Shown here: in pieces, positions 1 to 13,700 of the stretch
Numbering within the stretch: the stretch's first letter is position 1
How the letters are laid out: each line of letters opens with the position of its first letter
DNA from: Nemertoderma westbladi
Lineage: Eukaryota; Animalia; Xenacoelomorpha
DNA length: 64,000 nt
NCBI GenBank assembly: GCA_032718475.1
Contig: JAUCBJ010001501.1
Coordinates: 1-64,000 of the forward strand
Direction of reading: 5' to 3'
The notes under the pieces: generated by a model
What the model saw: only the letters and a program-made list of their open reading frames with translations
What the model was told of the DNA's origin: nothing
Database searches by the model: none
Position numbers and translations under genes: made by a program

Positions 1-104
1 TTACATCATTGGCGAATGAGTAGCGGTACATATTTGAATTCCACCCCATGCCCCAACGCCCCACCCCCCCCCCCCCCCCTCCAATATGCAAAATAAGCAA
101 CAAC

Positions 105-350
105 AAAAACGTGTTTTCATAATATAATTAATTTTGTAAGTTCATCCAAAAACGTGTTTTCATAATATAATTAATTTTGCCACTTCACCAAAAACGTGTT
201 TTCATAATATAATTAATTTTGCCAGTTCACCAAAAACGTGTTTTCATAATATAATTAATGTTGCAAGTTCATCCAAAAACGTGTTTTCATAATATAATTA
301 ATTTTACAACATCACCAAAAACGTGTTTCCATAATATTATTAATTTTGGC
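105..350. repeat. 42-43-bp tandem repeat, 6 copies
   Basis: AAAAACGTGTTTTCATAATATAATTAATTTTG core recurs at 105, 148, 190, 232, 275 and 317. Confidence 0.9.
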
Positions 351-364
351 CGAATTCAGCCACC

Positions 365-3200
365 GTACATATTGAATCAATATGTTGGTAACATATTGTT
401 TTAATATGTTTCCAGCATGTTAACATATTGATTCAATATGTTGCCAGCATGTTAACATATTGAAACAAATTGGCCCAGAAGACATCAAGGGTTACACCTA
501 TAACACCAGTTCTAACAGAAATGGGTACTTACTTTTAGACCTAATGGAAGAATGTGAATTGATACCAACAAACAACACATTCGAAAAGAGTAAGGGGAAG
601 CTATGGACCTTTCAATACCCTAATGGAACCAAAGCACAACTGGATTACATCCTCATAAACAAAAAGTGGAGAAACAGCATGATCAACTGCGAGGCATACA
701 GCTCGTTCAACCTAACTGGTTCGGACCACAGAATTGTGACTGCAGAGATCAGACTCAGTTTGAGAGCCAGCAAACCCAGGACAAGCAAGCAAATCAAATA
801 TGACTGGGAAAAACTCAGAACTGACAATGCTGTAAAGGATGCTTATACAGTAGAAGTTCAAAACCGCTTTGAAGCACTTCAGTCAATGGATGAAGACCAA
901 TCCACCAATTCAATATACCAGAATATAATAACAGCCCACAAGGAATCAGCTAAGAGGCATATCCCCCAGAAACCCAAACGAAAACAATATGTGCCATGGC
1001 AAAACTCTGAGGTTACTTGTAAGAGAGAAGATCTTAAGATAGCCTACAAAGTTAAAACCGAACAACCAACAACCGAAAACATTAACAAGGTTGAGAAAGC
1101 TAAGGACGATCTTAAATTGGCCTACAACATCAGCCAGGAAAAGTACATACAGGATAAAACTGAAGCAATTACAACTGCTCACATACAGCAACAATCAAGA
1201 CTTACCTGGCAAACTGTAAATGAGGTATCTAGTTGGAAAAGTTGTGCAAAGGGGCGCCTCAAAGCCGATAGTCCTGAAGAACGTGTTGGGAAATGGAAAA
1301 ATCACATCAGCAACTTGCTTGGGCAGCCACCAAACATTGAGGTCAGCCCTACAAGGAAAATATATGACAAGACACTACCTATAGAAACAGGGGACTTCAC
1401 ACCTGCCGAACTCCAAAGAAGCATTAAAAGCATGTCCAATAATAAAGCGAGTGGATTAGATGAAATCCCAGCGGAGGTATGGAAATCCGGAGTGCTAAAC
1501 AGACCATTATTGAATGTTTGCAACCGGATGTTAAAAGGGGAAAAAGCCACCACCAATTTGGACTAAAGGTCAACTAAAGCCTCTCCCCAAGAAAGGAGAC
1601 CTCGGCATACCAACAAACTATTGTGGGATCTGTCTGCTTGTGGTAGCTGCCAAAATATACAATAAAATGATTCTATATAGGATTAGGCCTCACATAGAGA
1701 AACTACTGCGTAAGAGCCAAAACAGATTTCGACCAAGTAGATCAACAATAGCTCAGATACTTGCACTACGGAGACTGATTGAAGGAATTAAGTCAAAGAA
1801 TCTCCCCGCTGACATGACTTTTGTGGACTTCAAGAAGGCATTCGACTCCATCCATAGAGGTAAAATGCTTGAAATCCTAAGAGCTTATGGAATACCAGAA
1901 GTAATTATTGCTGGCATTGGATTGTTATATTGTGACACAGAAGCACAGGTGCTCTCACCAGATGGTGAAACTGAGTTTTTCTCAATCCTGGCTGGCGTAC
2001 TGCAAGGTGACACATTAGCACCATTACTATTTGTAATTGTGCTGGATTACGCAATGAGGATGGCCACAAAGGGTGGAAGACCTGGGATTCACACTTCAAG
2101 AACGCAGAAGTAGTAGATATCCGGCAACTACAGTCACAGACACCGACTTTGCGGATGACATCGCCCTGCTCTCTAATACCCTAGCAGATGCACAGCTTCT
2201 ACTAAATAAAGTGGAGAGGGCTGCTAAGGAGGTTGGATTGCCTATAAATGCTACAAAGACCGAATTCATGACCTTTAATGTTGATGGAAACTTGACAACC
2301 ATTGATAATAATCAACTAAGGAAGGTAGATGACTTCCAGTACCTTGGATCATGGATAGAGAGTAGCAAAAAGGACATAGAAGTTAGGAAAGCAAAGGCTT
2401 GGGTAGCTCTATCAAAAATGGATACCATCTGGAAATCAGATCTCTCCAGGCACCTGAAGACTAAGTTCTTTCGAGCCACAGTGGAAAGTGTATTTTTATA
2501 TGGGGGTGAGACCTGGACACTGACTAAATCACTTGAACAACGAATTGATGGTTGCTACACAAGACTACTAAGGGCAGCCCTAAACATCAGCTGGAGACAA
2601 CACATGACAAACGCCGAGCTTTATGGTACAATACCACCTGTATCAACCACCCTCTGTGAACGCAGATTAAGATTCAGTGGGCACTGCTGGCGAAGTAAAG
2701 ACGAGGTAATATCAGATCTACTTTTCTGGCAACCAACTCATGGAAAGCGTAGTCGTGGACGACCGGCCATAACATATATAGATCAACTTGAAAGGGATAC
2801 TGAACTTAGGAGAAACGAAATTGCTACAACTATGGAGAATCGGGAAGCCTGGAAGGATCTCATTTCCACTGTCCGAGTTCGCTCGACCTAGTAGTAGTAA
2901 CATATTGATTCAATATGTTGCCAGCATGTCAACATATTGATGCAATATGTGCAAATATTGATTCAATATGTTGCCAACATGTCAACATATTGATTCAATA
3001 TGTGTGAATATTGATTCAATATTTGAGAATATTAATTCAATATGTTTGTATAATGAATCAATATTTGCACAATATTGATTGAATTTCTGTTAATTATTGA
3101 ATATTCAATATATATTGAATTAAGGTGTAATAATATTGCACAATGATGTGATATTATTGATATTACTCGCAATATTGATATTGAAGAATACCATACTGAT
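365..3200. repeat. AACATATTGATTCAATATG-type satellite, split by an RTE insertion
   Basis: Quasi-palindromic units at 365-463 resume at 2898-3200. Confidence 0.8.
464..2897 (+). mobile_element. RTE-clade LINE family A, copy 1 (5'-truncated, frameshifted)
   Basis: ORFs 460-1566, 1640-2113 and 2073-2891 give the APE C-terminus (LDYIL, SDH) and RT (FVDFKKAFDS, GVLQGDTLAP, FADD, YLG). (TAG)n tail. A 43-bp flanking duplication lies at 421-463 / 2898-2940. Confidence 0.95.
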
Positions 3201-3332
3201 ATTGAAGCGTGAAATTTTGGATTTTGAGCCTAATGAAATGCCATAGGCGGCATGTAGCATGTTTCAGCCAGAGGCCAATGAAATGTGTTAGCCTATTATA
3301 GGCAGTATATTTTCCCCATATAATACCTATAG

Positions 3333-6193
3333 GGGCTGTTGCGCTGTCAGTCAGAGAGGTAACAGCCCATGGGGTAAGGATTTACCCATGGGGCTCTAAC
3401 TATCAGATAGTCTGATACCAACTGTCAGACAGTCTTTTTCAACTATCAGATAGATGATCGCCCAGTTACAAGTTGCCCGATAGTTGTATTTTTTAAACCC
3501 CGAGTGTTGTTGACGGAGTCTGTTACTTCCGAAATCGTTGATCGTGGTGCCGGTGCCGGAATTCTGGCTTTGATTAAAAACACTGAACTGCTGAACGATG
3601 GCGGAATCTACGAAACCCGGCCGGATTCCTAATCCGAGGAGGCGACGGAGTCAATTAAACGTAACAATGAAACGATCGCGATGGACTGGACTGATGGAGT
3701 CTATTCAATGTATCCAGAACGATACGATGGCGGCGGAGTCTATTACAGTATTAAACACGCATCCAAAGCGATCAGATGATGGCGAAGTAATCTACAAAAC
3801 AGAGAACGACAGGAAGGCGATGGAGTTTCTGAGTTAATTAAACCCAGTAAGATGTGCATAGCGAAGCGATCGAGACGGATAACGGAGTCTATTACAGTAT
3901 TAAACACGCAACCAAAGCGATCAGACGATGGCGAAGTAATCTACAAAACAGAGAACGACAGGAAGGCGATGGAGTTTATTAAACCCAGTAAGATGGTGCA
4001 TAGCGAAGCGATCGAGACGGATAACGGAGTCTATTACAGAATTAAACCTGGAACGAAGACGGTGGAATCTATAGGCCTAAACCTGGAACAATGCGAACAA
4101 GGCTACTCTAAAGTTAGACTAGACTGGTTTGTGAGATTAACTTGCCAATACTAACTCAATACAATTTGCTTTCTTCGAATTCCTAATAATATATTTTAAT
4201 CTTAATAATAAATTATTCAACATCAATTATTTTATAAGTCTTGTCAATGTATAAGATTGCTAAAGACTAAAGAGCTAACTTTAGGAAGATCTGCCTTATA
4301 TTTTTAGAATTATTATAATTAATTTTGTTATGTTTATAATGAATTGTATCTTTTGACAGACTACTTGATGTGCGACCGTGATAATAAAATTAAATGGTGC
4401 CGAAATATTTTCACTTACTTAACTGCAGGGGGGGGGGGGGGGGGGGGGGGCAATCAATATTCTTCCCTCTCCAGGTGAAAATCGACGCAAATAACAGCTT
4501 GTTTACTACTAAAATAAAACTGCATCCTGTTCTATAGGAAAAAACATTATAGGGGAAACTTTAGCAAGTTGTGTTTATTTTAGCCGATAGACAAGATTAC
4601 ATGTTTACCAAGTTTGGTATAATTTAGTCAAAGATTGAATAAGTTACGATTTAAATTATCAGTGGAGGGTGAAGGCGCCGGGCCAGGATTCAGTTATACT
4701 TGAATAAAGAATAGTGATTAAACCAAGCAGCCAAGGGATACGCGATATATGACACTGCTGTATAAGTTCATTGAATGACTGTTGATTTCGAAACATTTAA
4801 TTCAAAACTATATAAATGTTAATATAATGTTGGATTTTTTTTTGTAATAATTAACAGATGAATTATATTTCATTAATTTATTTTTTTTATCTAATCACAT
4901 TATTAAATAACGAAGCACAGAAATAATACTAAGATTGAATATTTAATTGAAGGTACAGTACCGAATTGAATATTTGAATGGGAGAATCTTTTAGGCTCGT
5001 TAAGCCAAGGAATGCCTGTTCACCACCATGGGTGATCTTTCACAGTAAACCCTTCCACTCTGTTTCCCAAGTTGCCTTGGTTCCCAATCGACCACTGAAG
5101 GATAAAAGCCGGGGTTGGGCTAGGCTGCAGCATTTAAAGCACTGTGCCCAAACAGTACTGCTCCATCTAGGGATCGAACATTGAATATTTGAGATTGCAT
5201 AAGATAGAGTATTGAATATTGAATATCTTCGGCCGTCATCCCGTTGGTGACTGCATTGGCAACCATTTCGACAGTTTCGATTGGTTTCGGATCTTCAGTC
5301 CCCGAATGGACCGATGGTCGGCGTGGTTGCTGTCCCCATGACTGAGGCTGCATTACCAACCAAAATTGCCATCTCCAGGCGTTGGAGCAGAAACTGGTGT
5401 GACCGCGGTTCGTGGGTGGCACTGTGGAGACGAGCCCCGATCTCCCGGAGGAAGGTGGATGTCTCTGGACCACGGCGGCCAAAGGTCTCAAATGCCACGG
5501 AGTGAAATAAATGGCCCCGGTCCATTAGGTCGCGATACTTAGAGTTTTTAATGCGCTCAGCCCCCTTAGCTGAGTGCCCCTCGGCAATGATGGTTTGTTG
5601 AAGGTGGCTGGGGCCTGGGGGCCAGTGGATCTAGTAATAATTAACGCAAAGATATGATTAGGTAGGCCTACGTGATATTACTGTATTAATTTCTCAAACC
5701 AAACCTCCATTGACGTCAAATATATCCAATTTCTCAATCCATACTAATCCGTATGTAATAATGCAGTAATGTACACTGTAATGCAATACCGGTAATGTCA
5801 ATGTCCAACCAAACAATGCGTTGAGTGTTATCGGACCAGCCTCCGAGAAATGTTAGGCTAACGGCACCTCGCTCTGTCGCATCAGTTTTTGTAGTGGTCT
5901 AGTTCCAGGCTACCAGAATCCGTTAGGCCTAGTGCATGACATAGAATCAGCACATCCTGACATCTGTGCAACTCCTGAACTCACTCGAGCATTTTACAGA
6001 TGGTGGTCTAATTTATATGGTCTTGTACCGCGAAACCGTGTATTATTTACAGATGTAGGCTAAATTTAGGGTCTTGTACCGTGCACAGTACTGGTGGGCC
6101 TACACGGCTACTGCTATTTTGCCTAATACAGGTCCCAGAGGTAAATCCTTACGCCACAGGCTGTTACCTCTCTGACTGACAGCGCAACAGCCC
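3333..6193. mobile_element. Non-autonomous TIR DNA element, superfamily unassigned
   Basis: Perfect 35-bp inverted repeat GGGCTGTTGCGCTGTCAGTCAGAGAGGTAACAGCC at 3333-3367 / 6159-6193, extending imperfectly inward (GTAAGGATTTACC). Internal ~150-bp duplication at 3735-4040. Confidence 0.75.
5295..5620 (-). pseudogene. 3' fragment of a CRE-like non-LTR element (restriction-like endonuclease C-terminus)
   Basis: FHSVAFETFGRRGPETSTFLREIG...FLLQRLEMAILVGNAASVMGT is typical of the CRE-type RLE tail. Confidence 0.8.
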
Positions 6194-6349
6194 TCTCTCT
6201 ATAATACCGGTCACGCGATTTGTTCAACCAGTTGGCATTCATTCCATATAGTGCAGAGGTGATATAGTTTTCCACCACTGCAATATGCTACGCTGTGTTA
6301 CTGGTACTACAGTAGTCGTCGTTCTATTCATTAACAGTCAAGTACAGAG

Positions 6350-8856
6350 CAAGGACTACTATACTACAGGACTGGCACACTGCCTGATCCGACTTCGCTA
6401 GCGAAGTCCATTAATTTCATACTGCAGTACTGCTGTAAGCTGTACTACCTGAATAGCCTACTACTGTACTGCTGTACCTGGTACCGGTACTACCCTAGAA
6501 TGATTAGTTATAGCTGTATTATAGTCCTAACGGCTAACGCTACCTCTGGTATATGGGAATAGTACAGTTAGAAAGTCAGATAGGCCTAGTCTAGTTACTG
6601 TACATTCAACTGGATGGCTGTATGGCCCTACCCTGGTACAGTGGTAGCGCGTACTACAGTACTCGTATGATGGTACTGGTACGGTATCGCGACCGTTCCG
6701 GTACAGGTAGGCCTAGGCGGTACCATTTGGTAGTAATTAAATCAATTACTATAGGTAGGTATTTAAGGTGCCGTATTACAACATTAGGCTAAACTACTTG
6801 ACTACCAACAAAACAAGTTAATTATTATTATTATGCCTAATTATTGTTGTGTATTTGGCTGCGACGGCAATTACGCAGAAAATCCCGTTCGTGTAGTGAA
6901 ACTTCCTCCTGTCGATGCCGAACGACAGAACGAGATCAGTGGATCGCCGCGCTACCACGACTGCACGACGCAGTGCAGATGACGACTCTATGTCTAAGTA
7001 TGGAAGCACTGCCGTCATTTGTATTCAACAGTGGCCAGAGTTTTCCAAGGAAATTCCGCACAAGAAAGTCCCTGGCGGTTCCTTGCGACCAACAATATTC
7101 CGTTATACTTCCCTGGACTTATCCCTTATCGTGAGTTCCGCCGCGACCCCCCACTCTACGAGACATCCCTCCCATTGAGGAACGCCAACTTCAGTTACTC
7201 AATGCAGCAATGAGTGCATGGAGTAAGATTTAATTGGGGGCTTTTTGCAGCTGACTGAACCTGCCTGCCTGTTGTTTCTACGTGGCTAAAGGGAATCGCA
7301 GGATACGTACTGACATTTTTGTGAAACTATCGCAGTTCCAAGTATTGCTCTTCTTTTTCCATAATGAAGTATACAGTATATTGGACAGGGTTCACTTTCA
7401 TCAAAGAGTCAACTTTCCTCGGACATGTTTGTATCAGCCGATCGACGGTTGATCAGCTGGGTTGCAGCTTGGGGTTTTCGCATTGCCTCGCTCGTAATAG
7501 CCAACTAATACGTTGGTCTCAGTTGGAAGAAGTTATTGCAGTCATGAAACGTAATGTTGGTACTACGACATCGCTACTTACGAAAGCTAAGGAGTACGTT
7601 AATGCCGTGATTGATCTTGAGTCATCCAAATATAAGTCTCAGCTTGAGTTTATACTTTAGACTTTGTTCTATTAGACGATAACCCATCCACTTTGAAAGC
7701 ACCTGAACATCCGAAAGTATGTCCTAATACCAATGGAAATGCTGCGAAAAATTGAACAGCTAGTGGATATTGAAGTCAGTTATGATGAGTTTCAGGCAGC
7801 TGGATACGTCGCAGGATTCCTGGTAAAGGTAATCCCACAGTTAGACATCACAGGTGATATTTAAGAGGAGGATAATATATTTACTCAAGCCCTAACTCGT
7901 GGTGGATTACAACTTACTCCGCATCACCTGGTATGGTGGACCAGGACCATGGCGTCTGCTGCATGGGTGGATGCTGTACATGATGGAACTATACCTATAC
8001 GGTACTACAAACAACTAACTCAAGTAATACACATTATTGCGGTCTATTACGGTATATCCCAACTGCCACCAATAGCTGCTTGCTGTACCCTAGCAAACAC
8101 CCTTCTTAATGGAGTACAAAAGCGATCTATGGAAAGGCAGAAACAGCGCGACTCACATTCTGGTGATAAGGCAGCACAAACTAAATTCCTCCGAATAACG
8201 GGAAGGGGACAAAATAAGGGGGGAAAACGGGACGCAATAAAAATTCATCCCTCTCCAGGGGAAATTGGACGCAAATAACAGCTGATTACTCCCAAAAATA
8301 AAACTGTAACCTGTTATATTATGTTTAGTTTATTGTTTTGTTTAAAATAACATGCCACTGTAACCTGCTCCTTTCCCTAAATTGAGAATTTAACATTGAG
8401 GCGGGATATTGATTCGCCTAGCTTGAGAACTGCTAGGATAATAAATGACCAGAGATAAAGAAAAAGAATATATAGAGAGGTCCATGTATGTATATTGTAT
8501 AGACAATTTACCGCTAGTTGAATCCGTTATCATCTGTGTCATGACATTCCCCTGGGATAGGGATACTGTTCGTATCGTTTTTATGTCGCACAATGTACTA
8601 AGCACGGTCGTTCAAGACTATAATGAATAGTTGGTACACTGCACTCGTCTCCTTTGTTACAAGCCTCGCTGCGCTCGTCCTTTATTTCTTGACATAAAAA
8701 TATATTATGTTATTAATAATTACGATTGTGTACTAAATTTCATGAAAATCCTTTGATAACAATGTCTATAACAATATAAAGCAATACCAAACCAATGGAC
8801 TTCGCTAGCGAAGTCGGATGAAGGGGTATGCCAGTCCTGTAGTATAGTAGTCCTTG
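6350..8856 (+). mobile_element. P-superfamily DNA transposon, internally deleted
   Basis: TIR CAAGGACTACTATACTACAGGACTGGCA at both ends. Perfect 8-bp TSD GTACAGAG (6342-6349 / 8857-8864). THAP transposase remnants inside. Confidence 0.9.
6833..8200 (+). pseudogene. THAP-domain / P-type transposase remnant
   Basis: Frameshifted THAP pattern MPNYCCVFGC...RDQWIAAL...VICIQQW. C-terminal YVAGFL...TRGGL motif near 7805-7910. Catalytic core missing. Confidence 0.75.
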
Positions 8857-9341
8857 GTACAGAGTAAACTCTTATTTTCACATGCCTACGGCCAAGTCAA
8901 CCACCCTGTTAGTAGCCAGCTTGAGCGCTAGGGAACAACCACCAACAATCAACCGGTCGGGATCTCTAGCCAATGGAGAACCTTTACAATATATGTCATT
9001 GTTCATAAAAAGGAATTTATAGCTTTATTGATTTTGACAAATAACAAAACGAGGGCCGAAATAGCTTTAAATGCTAATTATGAACAATGGCTAATTTTAT
9101 TTATTTGTGGAGAATTATTTGTAGTTACGCTCTTAATCTTTCTAGATCAACCTAATAATGACGCGATGAAATTCTTAAATACATAATAAATGTATGGCGT
9201 GGGGACATAGGCCTACTAAGAAATAATGTCGCACTACTATATAAAGTTGGAAAATACAGTATGTTGCCCTGGCGATTTGGTAGTGTGACATTGATTCCAT
9301 ACAAATAAATAAAAATATGATATCTTATTTATGTTTTTCAG

Positions 9342-10099
9342 TTATATGGCAAACTTTGACTGGATCATTTAAGTGGGTGAGTGCTGGAAAAGCTGGTGTT
9401 TGGAGTATCGGCACTAATGATGCAATTTTCTACCGAGAAGGGACATACGGATCATGCAGTATTGGTACGAGATGGATAACTATCCCTGGGTCGCTCATCA
9501 ATATTGCTGTTGGAAATGATATTGTTTGGGGAGTAAATGTATACAATCACATTTTCTGGCGACCTGTCAATCAGCAAAATCCAAGTGGCAGTGTCTGGGG
9601 AGCGATGGACCATGTTCATCACCTTTCATGGATAACTGTTGACTCAACCAGCAACGGAGTCTGGGGTATCAATCGTGATAAGCTTGTGTTCAAAAGATTA
9701 GGTATATCGGCCTTAAATCCTGTTGGAACATCATGGTATCATATTACCGGTGCTAGCATGGCAGACATCAGCTTCGGACCAGCAGGGCTTTGGGGGATTA
9801 ACTTAGGATACGCTCCATACTACATGCAAGGCACCTTTGGTTCCAATAATAACAATGTTGGAAGCTTTACAGGATGGGCAGCTGCAAACTGGCTAACGAT
9901 TAGTTCAGGAGCAGATGGTGTATTATGGGCTACAAAGACAAATCATGAAGTTTACAAAGCCACAGTGGAAAATGGGAATATAAATCCAGTTTGGGAACGT
10001 GTAGGGAGTGGACTGAGGCAAGTGGGCGCCAGTGATTGGAATGATGGGGTTTGGGGGGTGGATAATTCCTACTCGATAAAGTTTAAACAATGTTCTTAA
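9342..10099 (+). CDS. Tectonin / tachylectin-1-like six-bladed beta-propeller lectin, last coding exon
   Basis: Six repeats with W..I.GSL..I.VG...VWG(V/I)N motifs. Acceptor TTTTTCAG ends at 9341; stop at 10099 is followed by G|GTGAGA donor. Upstream exons not located. Confidence 0.88.
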
Positions 10100-10714
10100 G
10101 GTGAGAGTGTATTATTCAGTCATACTTATATGTACTGTACATAAATGCATAAATTGTTTTCAGTAATTCCATCCCAAAAAAAGTAAAAAGTACTAGTACA
10201 ATTTCGAAACTCCTATCAGTGAAATTTATAATTATGGTCTAGTTATCCAAATTATGCTACAATATATTATGCTACCTAGAAGTAAACACTGCAATTATTT
10301 CAAATACTGAAGGTTCCATTGAAGCAAGGTCAAAGCTTCCGAAATATCCGAAACATGGAAGAATACAGCACTGCCAAAGCTACTACTTCTACAAACCTAC
10401 AGTATAGACATAATCAGAAAATATTGAATAGTAATTACAATATATTTAATTGGATTAAAAGGATAAGAAATACAGTATGTAGAAAATATAATTAAACCAT
10501 AATATTTATATTTTCTATAACTAAAGATTTACGCAAACAATGGTCGGCTGACGTCAGTCAACTGACAGTTGGCGGATAAGTTGGTTTCGCTGTTAAAAAG
10601 GATCCAAAGCTAGCACGGCAGTATAGAGTAAATGATGAAGGCTCTGAGGTGATAAACCAACCCAAGAAGCAGCACTTCAAACTTACGCCTAAAATGCTTC
10701 AGAATTTTGCTTAA

Positions 10715-13700
10715 CCCTATTAAACCCCGGGGGGGGGGGGGGGGGGGGGGGGTCAATATGACATCCCTCCCCCCCCGTGGTTTTTTTTATAATTCTGAAA
10801 CAAACGCAGTTGGGAATCTGAAATTTTATGACTTTTCCTAAAAATCTATTGTCTTCCTAGTAGTGAAAACCGTTTTCAAACATATTGGGTAGTTTTTGAG
10901 TTATAGCACCATATTTTAACCATACTACTTTTGGCACTTTTTTGAGACGTTTTTTGAAAATTACATTTCATTAAATATGAATTGTAACATCTCTATTTTT
11001 GATTTACACCGGTTTTTTTGGTTTTAGCAATTGGATGGAATTCATATAAATTGATTTATAAATTTCAAACTTGTTTTTTTCGGCGGGTGCCAAATTTTGG
11101 TGCCAGCACCAAATTTTGAAATATGTCAATTTTGTAAATTGATTGTTTGAAACTTGTTTTTTACGCAATTGGGGTTTTTTGAGGTTCTGGTTTCGATGAA
11201 ATATATACGAGTTGCACCAAGCTTATCAAACTTGTATTTTTCTGTGCTTTTTTTGTGTGCAAATTTTGGTGCCAGCACGAAATTTTGAAAATCCACTCAA
11301 TAGATAAAAGTGCTTGTGACAATTTATTTCTTGCGTTTTAGAAGTTTATGGCTGTTCTGAATTCAATGGAATATATAATTATCGAACTAGATATCTCAAA
11401 CTTTAATTTTTCGGATGTGGGTGCAAAATGTGGTGCTAGCACCAAATTTTGAAAATCATCAAATATATCAATTGATTGTGTCACCTTGTTTCTTGCGTTA
11501 TACGGGTTTGTAAGGGTTTTGAATTCAATGGAATCATGGGACCAATGGCTGGTCAGGAGTAGAGTGTTCTCATGTCCACTCTGAGAGCACTTCACTGTGA
11601 CCTGCACCTGGCAGCAAGGGTACAGGGCATGACCCAGCAGATGAGCTGCATCAGCCAATGGTGGGTCATGTACGCCAGAGTAGATATGGGTGATGGGCCT
11701 CATATATGACTCCATTGCCACACCCCCGAGAGCTGACTCGGCAAAAAAGCACCCCCCAACCCCCACTATGGATTACATTAGCAATGCGGAGGTCCGGCCA
11801 CTAGAGGCCAGTGGAATTACCGGACACAATTGGCCTCACAGGCGTCAGTTAACTCCTGACCTCCTGCCTGTCTCACCCCCTACTGGAGAGAGAGCAGCCA
11901 ACAATTCTTTGAGTCCCTTTCCTGATGACCTTTCTGGCCCAAACCCTGGGTCACCAGGGAGGCCAGATTGTGATGGAGAGAGGGATTCTGGAGTTGGAGG
12001 CTATTCTCATGTTCCACCCCGACCAACAAAGCCATTGGTGAATCTGAGGCAAGTCACTAGACTAGCCTCAGTAAACACCCTAACACTCGGGTCCCCAATG
12101 CGACAAGGTGAGCTGACTGTCTTGGCAGATAAGCTTTCTCTTAGCGCAGTGGGTGTTCAAGAGCACCGAATGCAGACTGGACAGATTGAGAGACTGCTCC
12201 GTGAAAATCAGAATGGGTTCCGTAAAGGTCGTGGGACCATGGAGCCCATTTTGGCACTTAGAAGGATAATTGAAGAATTATCAAAAAAGAAAGACAGGCA
12301 TCTGGCTGTTATCTTTGTTGACTTCTTCAAGGCCTTTGATTCAGTCTCTCGCTCACGTATGTTCAGCATACTTTCATTATATGGGATTCCTGATGAAATT
12401 ATTGCAGCAATCAGATCAATATATGATGGTTCGACAACATTTGTGTCTACTGTTGACGGTGACACAGAACCATTTGAAGTGTTATGGGGTGTCCTCCAAG
12501 GAGACACACTTGCACCATTCTTGTTCATTATTGTGGTTGACTATGTTCTACGCATATCCTTAGATCATCATAATGATGATGGGGTGATGATAACTCCACC
12601 TACTGGCTCCAGAAGTCGAGGAATTCCAGCCAAGTACCTAACTGTTCTAGACTTTGCTGATGACTTAGGAGTACTCTCAGAATCATTAGAGGGAGCCCAA
12701 CGGCTCCTCAGCTCATTAGAACATGCTGCTTCTAGTGTTGGTCTTTTTATTATCTCCAGAAAGACCAAAATTTTGACAGTTAACTTTGAAAGTCCTCAGC
12801 AAGTCTCTGATCGGATGAGCATAAGCTCAAAGGATGGTATGCTTGAGCATGTGGACGACTTCTGTTACCTGTGATCATGGATCCGGAAGTCAGGTGAGGA
12901 CCTTCGAATACGTAAGGGAAAGGCATGGGCAGCCTTGAATAGGCTTTCATTCCAGGATTTGGAAGTCACCGAGAATTAATCGGAAACTTAAGGTCCGATT
13001 ATTTAGAGCAGCAGTAGTTCCAGTACTCCTCTACAGGAGTCCATGCTGGGCTCTAACTGCTGAGGACACCAAATCTCTGGATGGCACATTCACAAGAATG
13101 CTACGCCGGGTTCATTGTGTCAAGTACAATGCACACATCTCCAACCAGACACTATATAACATTGGAGGTGTCTCATTGGTTCCCCCAAGCTTGACACTAG
13201 AACAAAATCGCCTCCGCTTTGCAGGACATTGCTTTCGCCGTGAGGACCAGCCAGTGGATAATCTTGTACTTTGGCAGCCTCATGGAGTGAATAAGCATGG
13301 TGGAAAGCCCATGACTTTCTTGAGACGCATCTTAAAGGACACTGACCTTGAAGATGCGGATGATCTAGCAAATGTCATGCGTGATTGGGAGTTGTGGCGG
13401 TGCAATTTTGTTGACAAGCTGGCACAGCATTCTTAAAAATGCAGCTGCAATGCAGCATGCCGATCCTATTAGTAGTAGTTGCGTTATACGGGTTTGTAAG
13501 GGTTTTGAATTCAATGGAATCAGTAAAAGTTTCATAAGAGTTTTCAAACTTGTATTTTTGCCGGTGGGTGAAAATTGTTGTGCCAGCACCAAATTTTGGA
13601 AAATAAGCAAATTGATCAGTAGATAGTATCATCTTGTTTCTTGCTTTATACGGGTTTATGAGGGTCCTGAATCCGATGGAATCAATAAAAACAGCACTGG

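Noticed and set aside
105-350. CRISPR-like pattern (constant ~32 nt + variable ~10 nt)
   Set aside because: The variable parts are short and mutually related, no cas genes are present and the context is eukaryotic: a minisatellite.
4428-4450. Long G/C homopolymers here and elsewhere as functional G-quadruplexes
   Set aside because: Several are parts of MITE termini and their lengths are sequencing-error-prone. No independent support.
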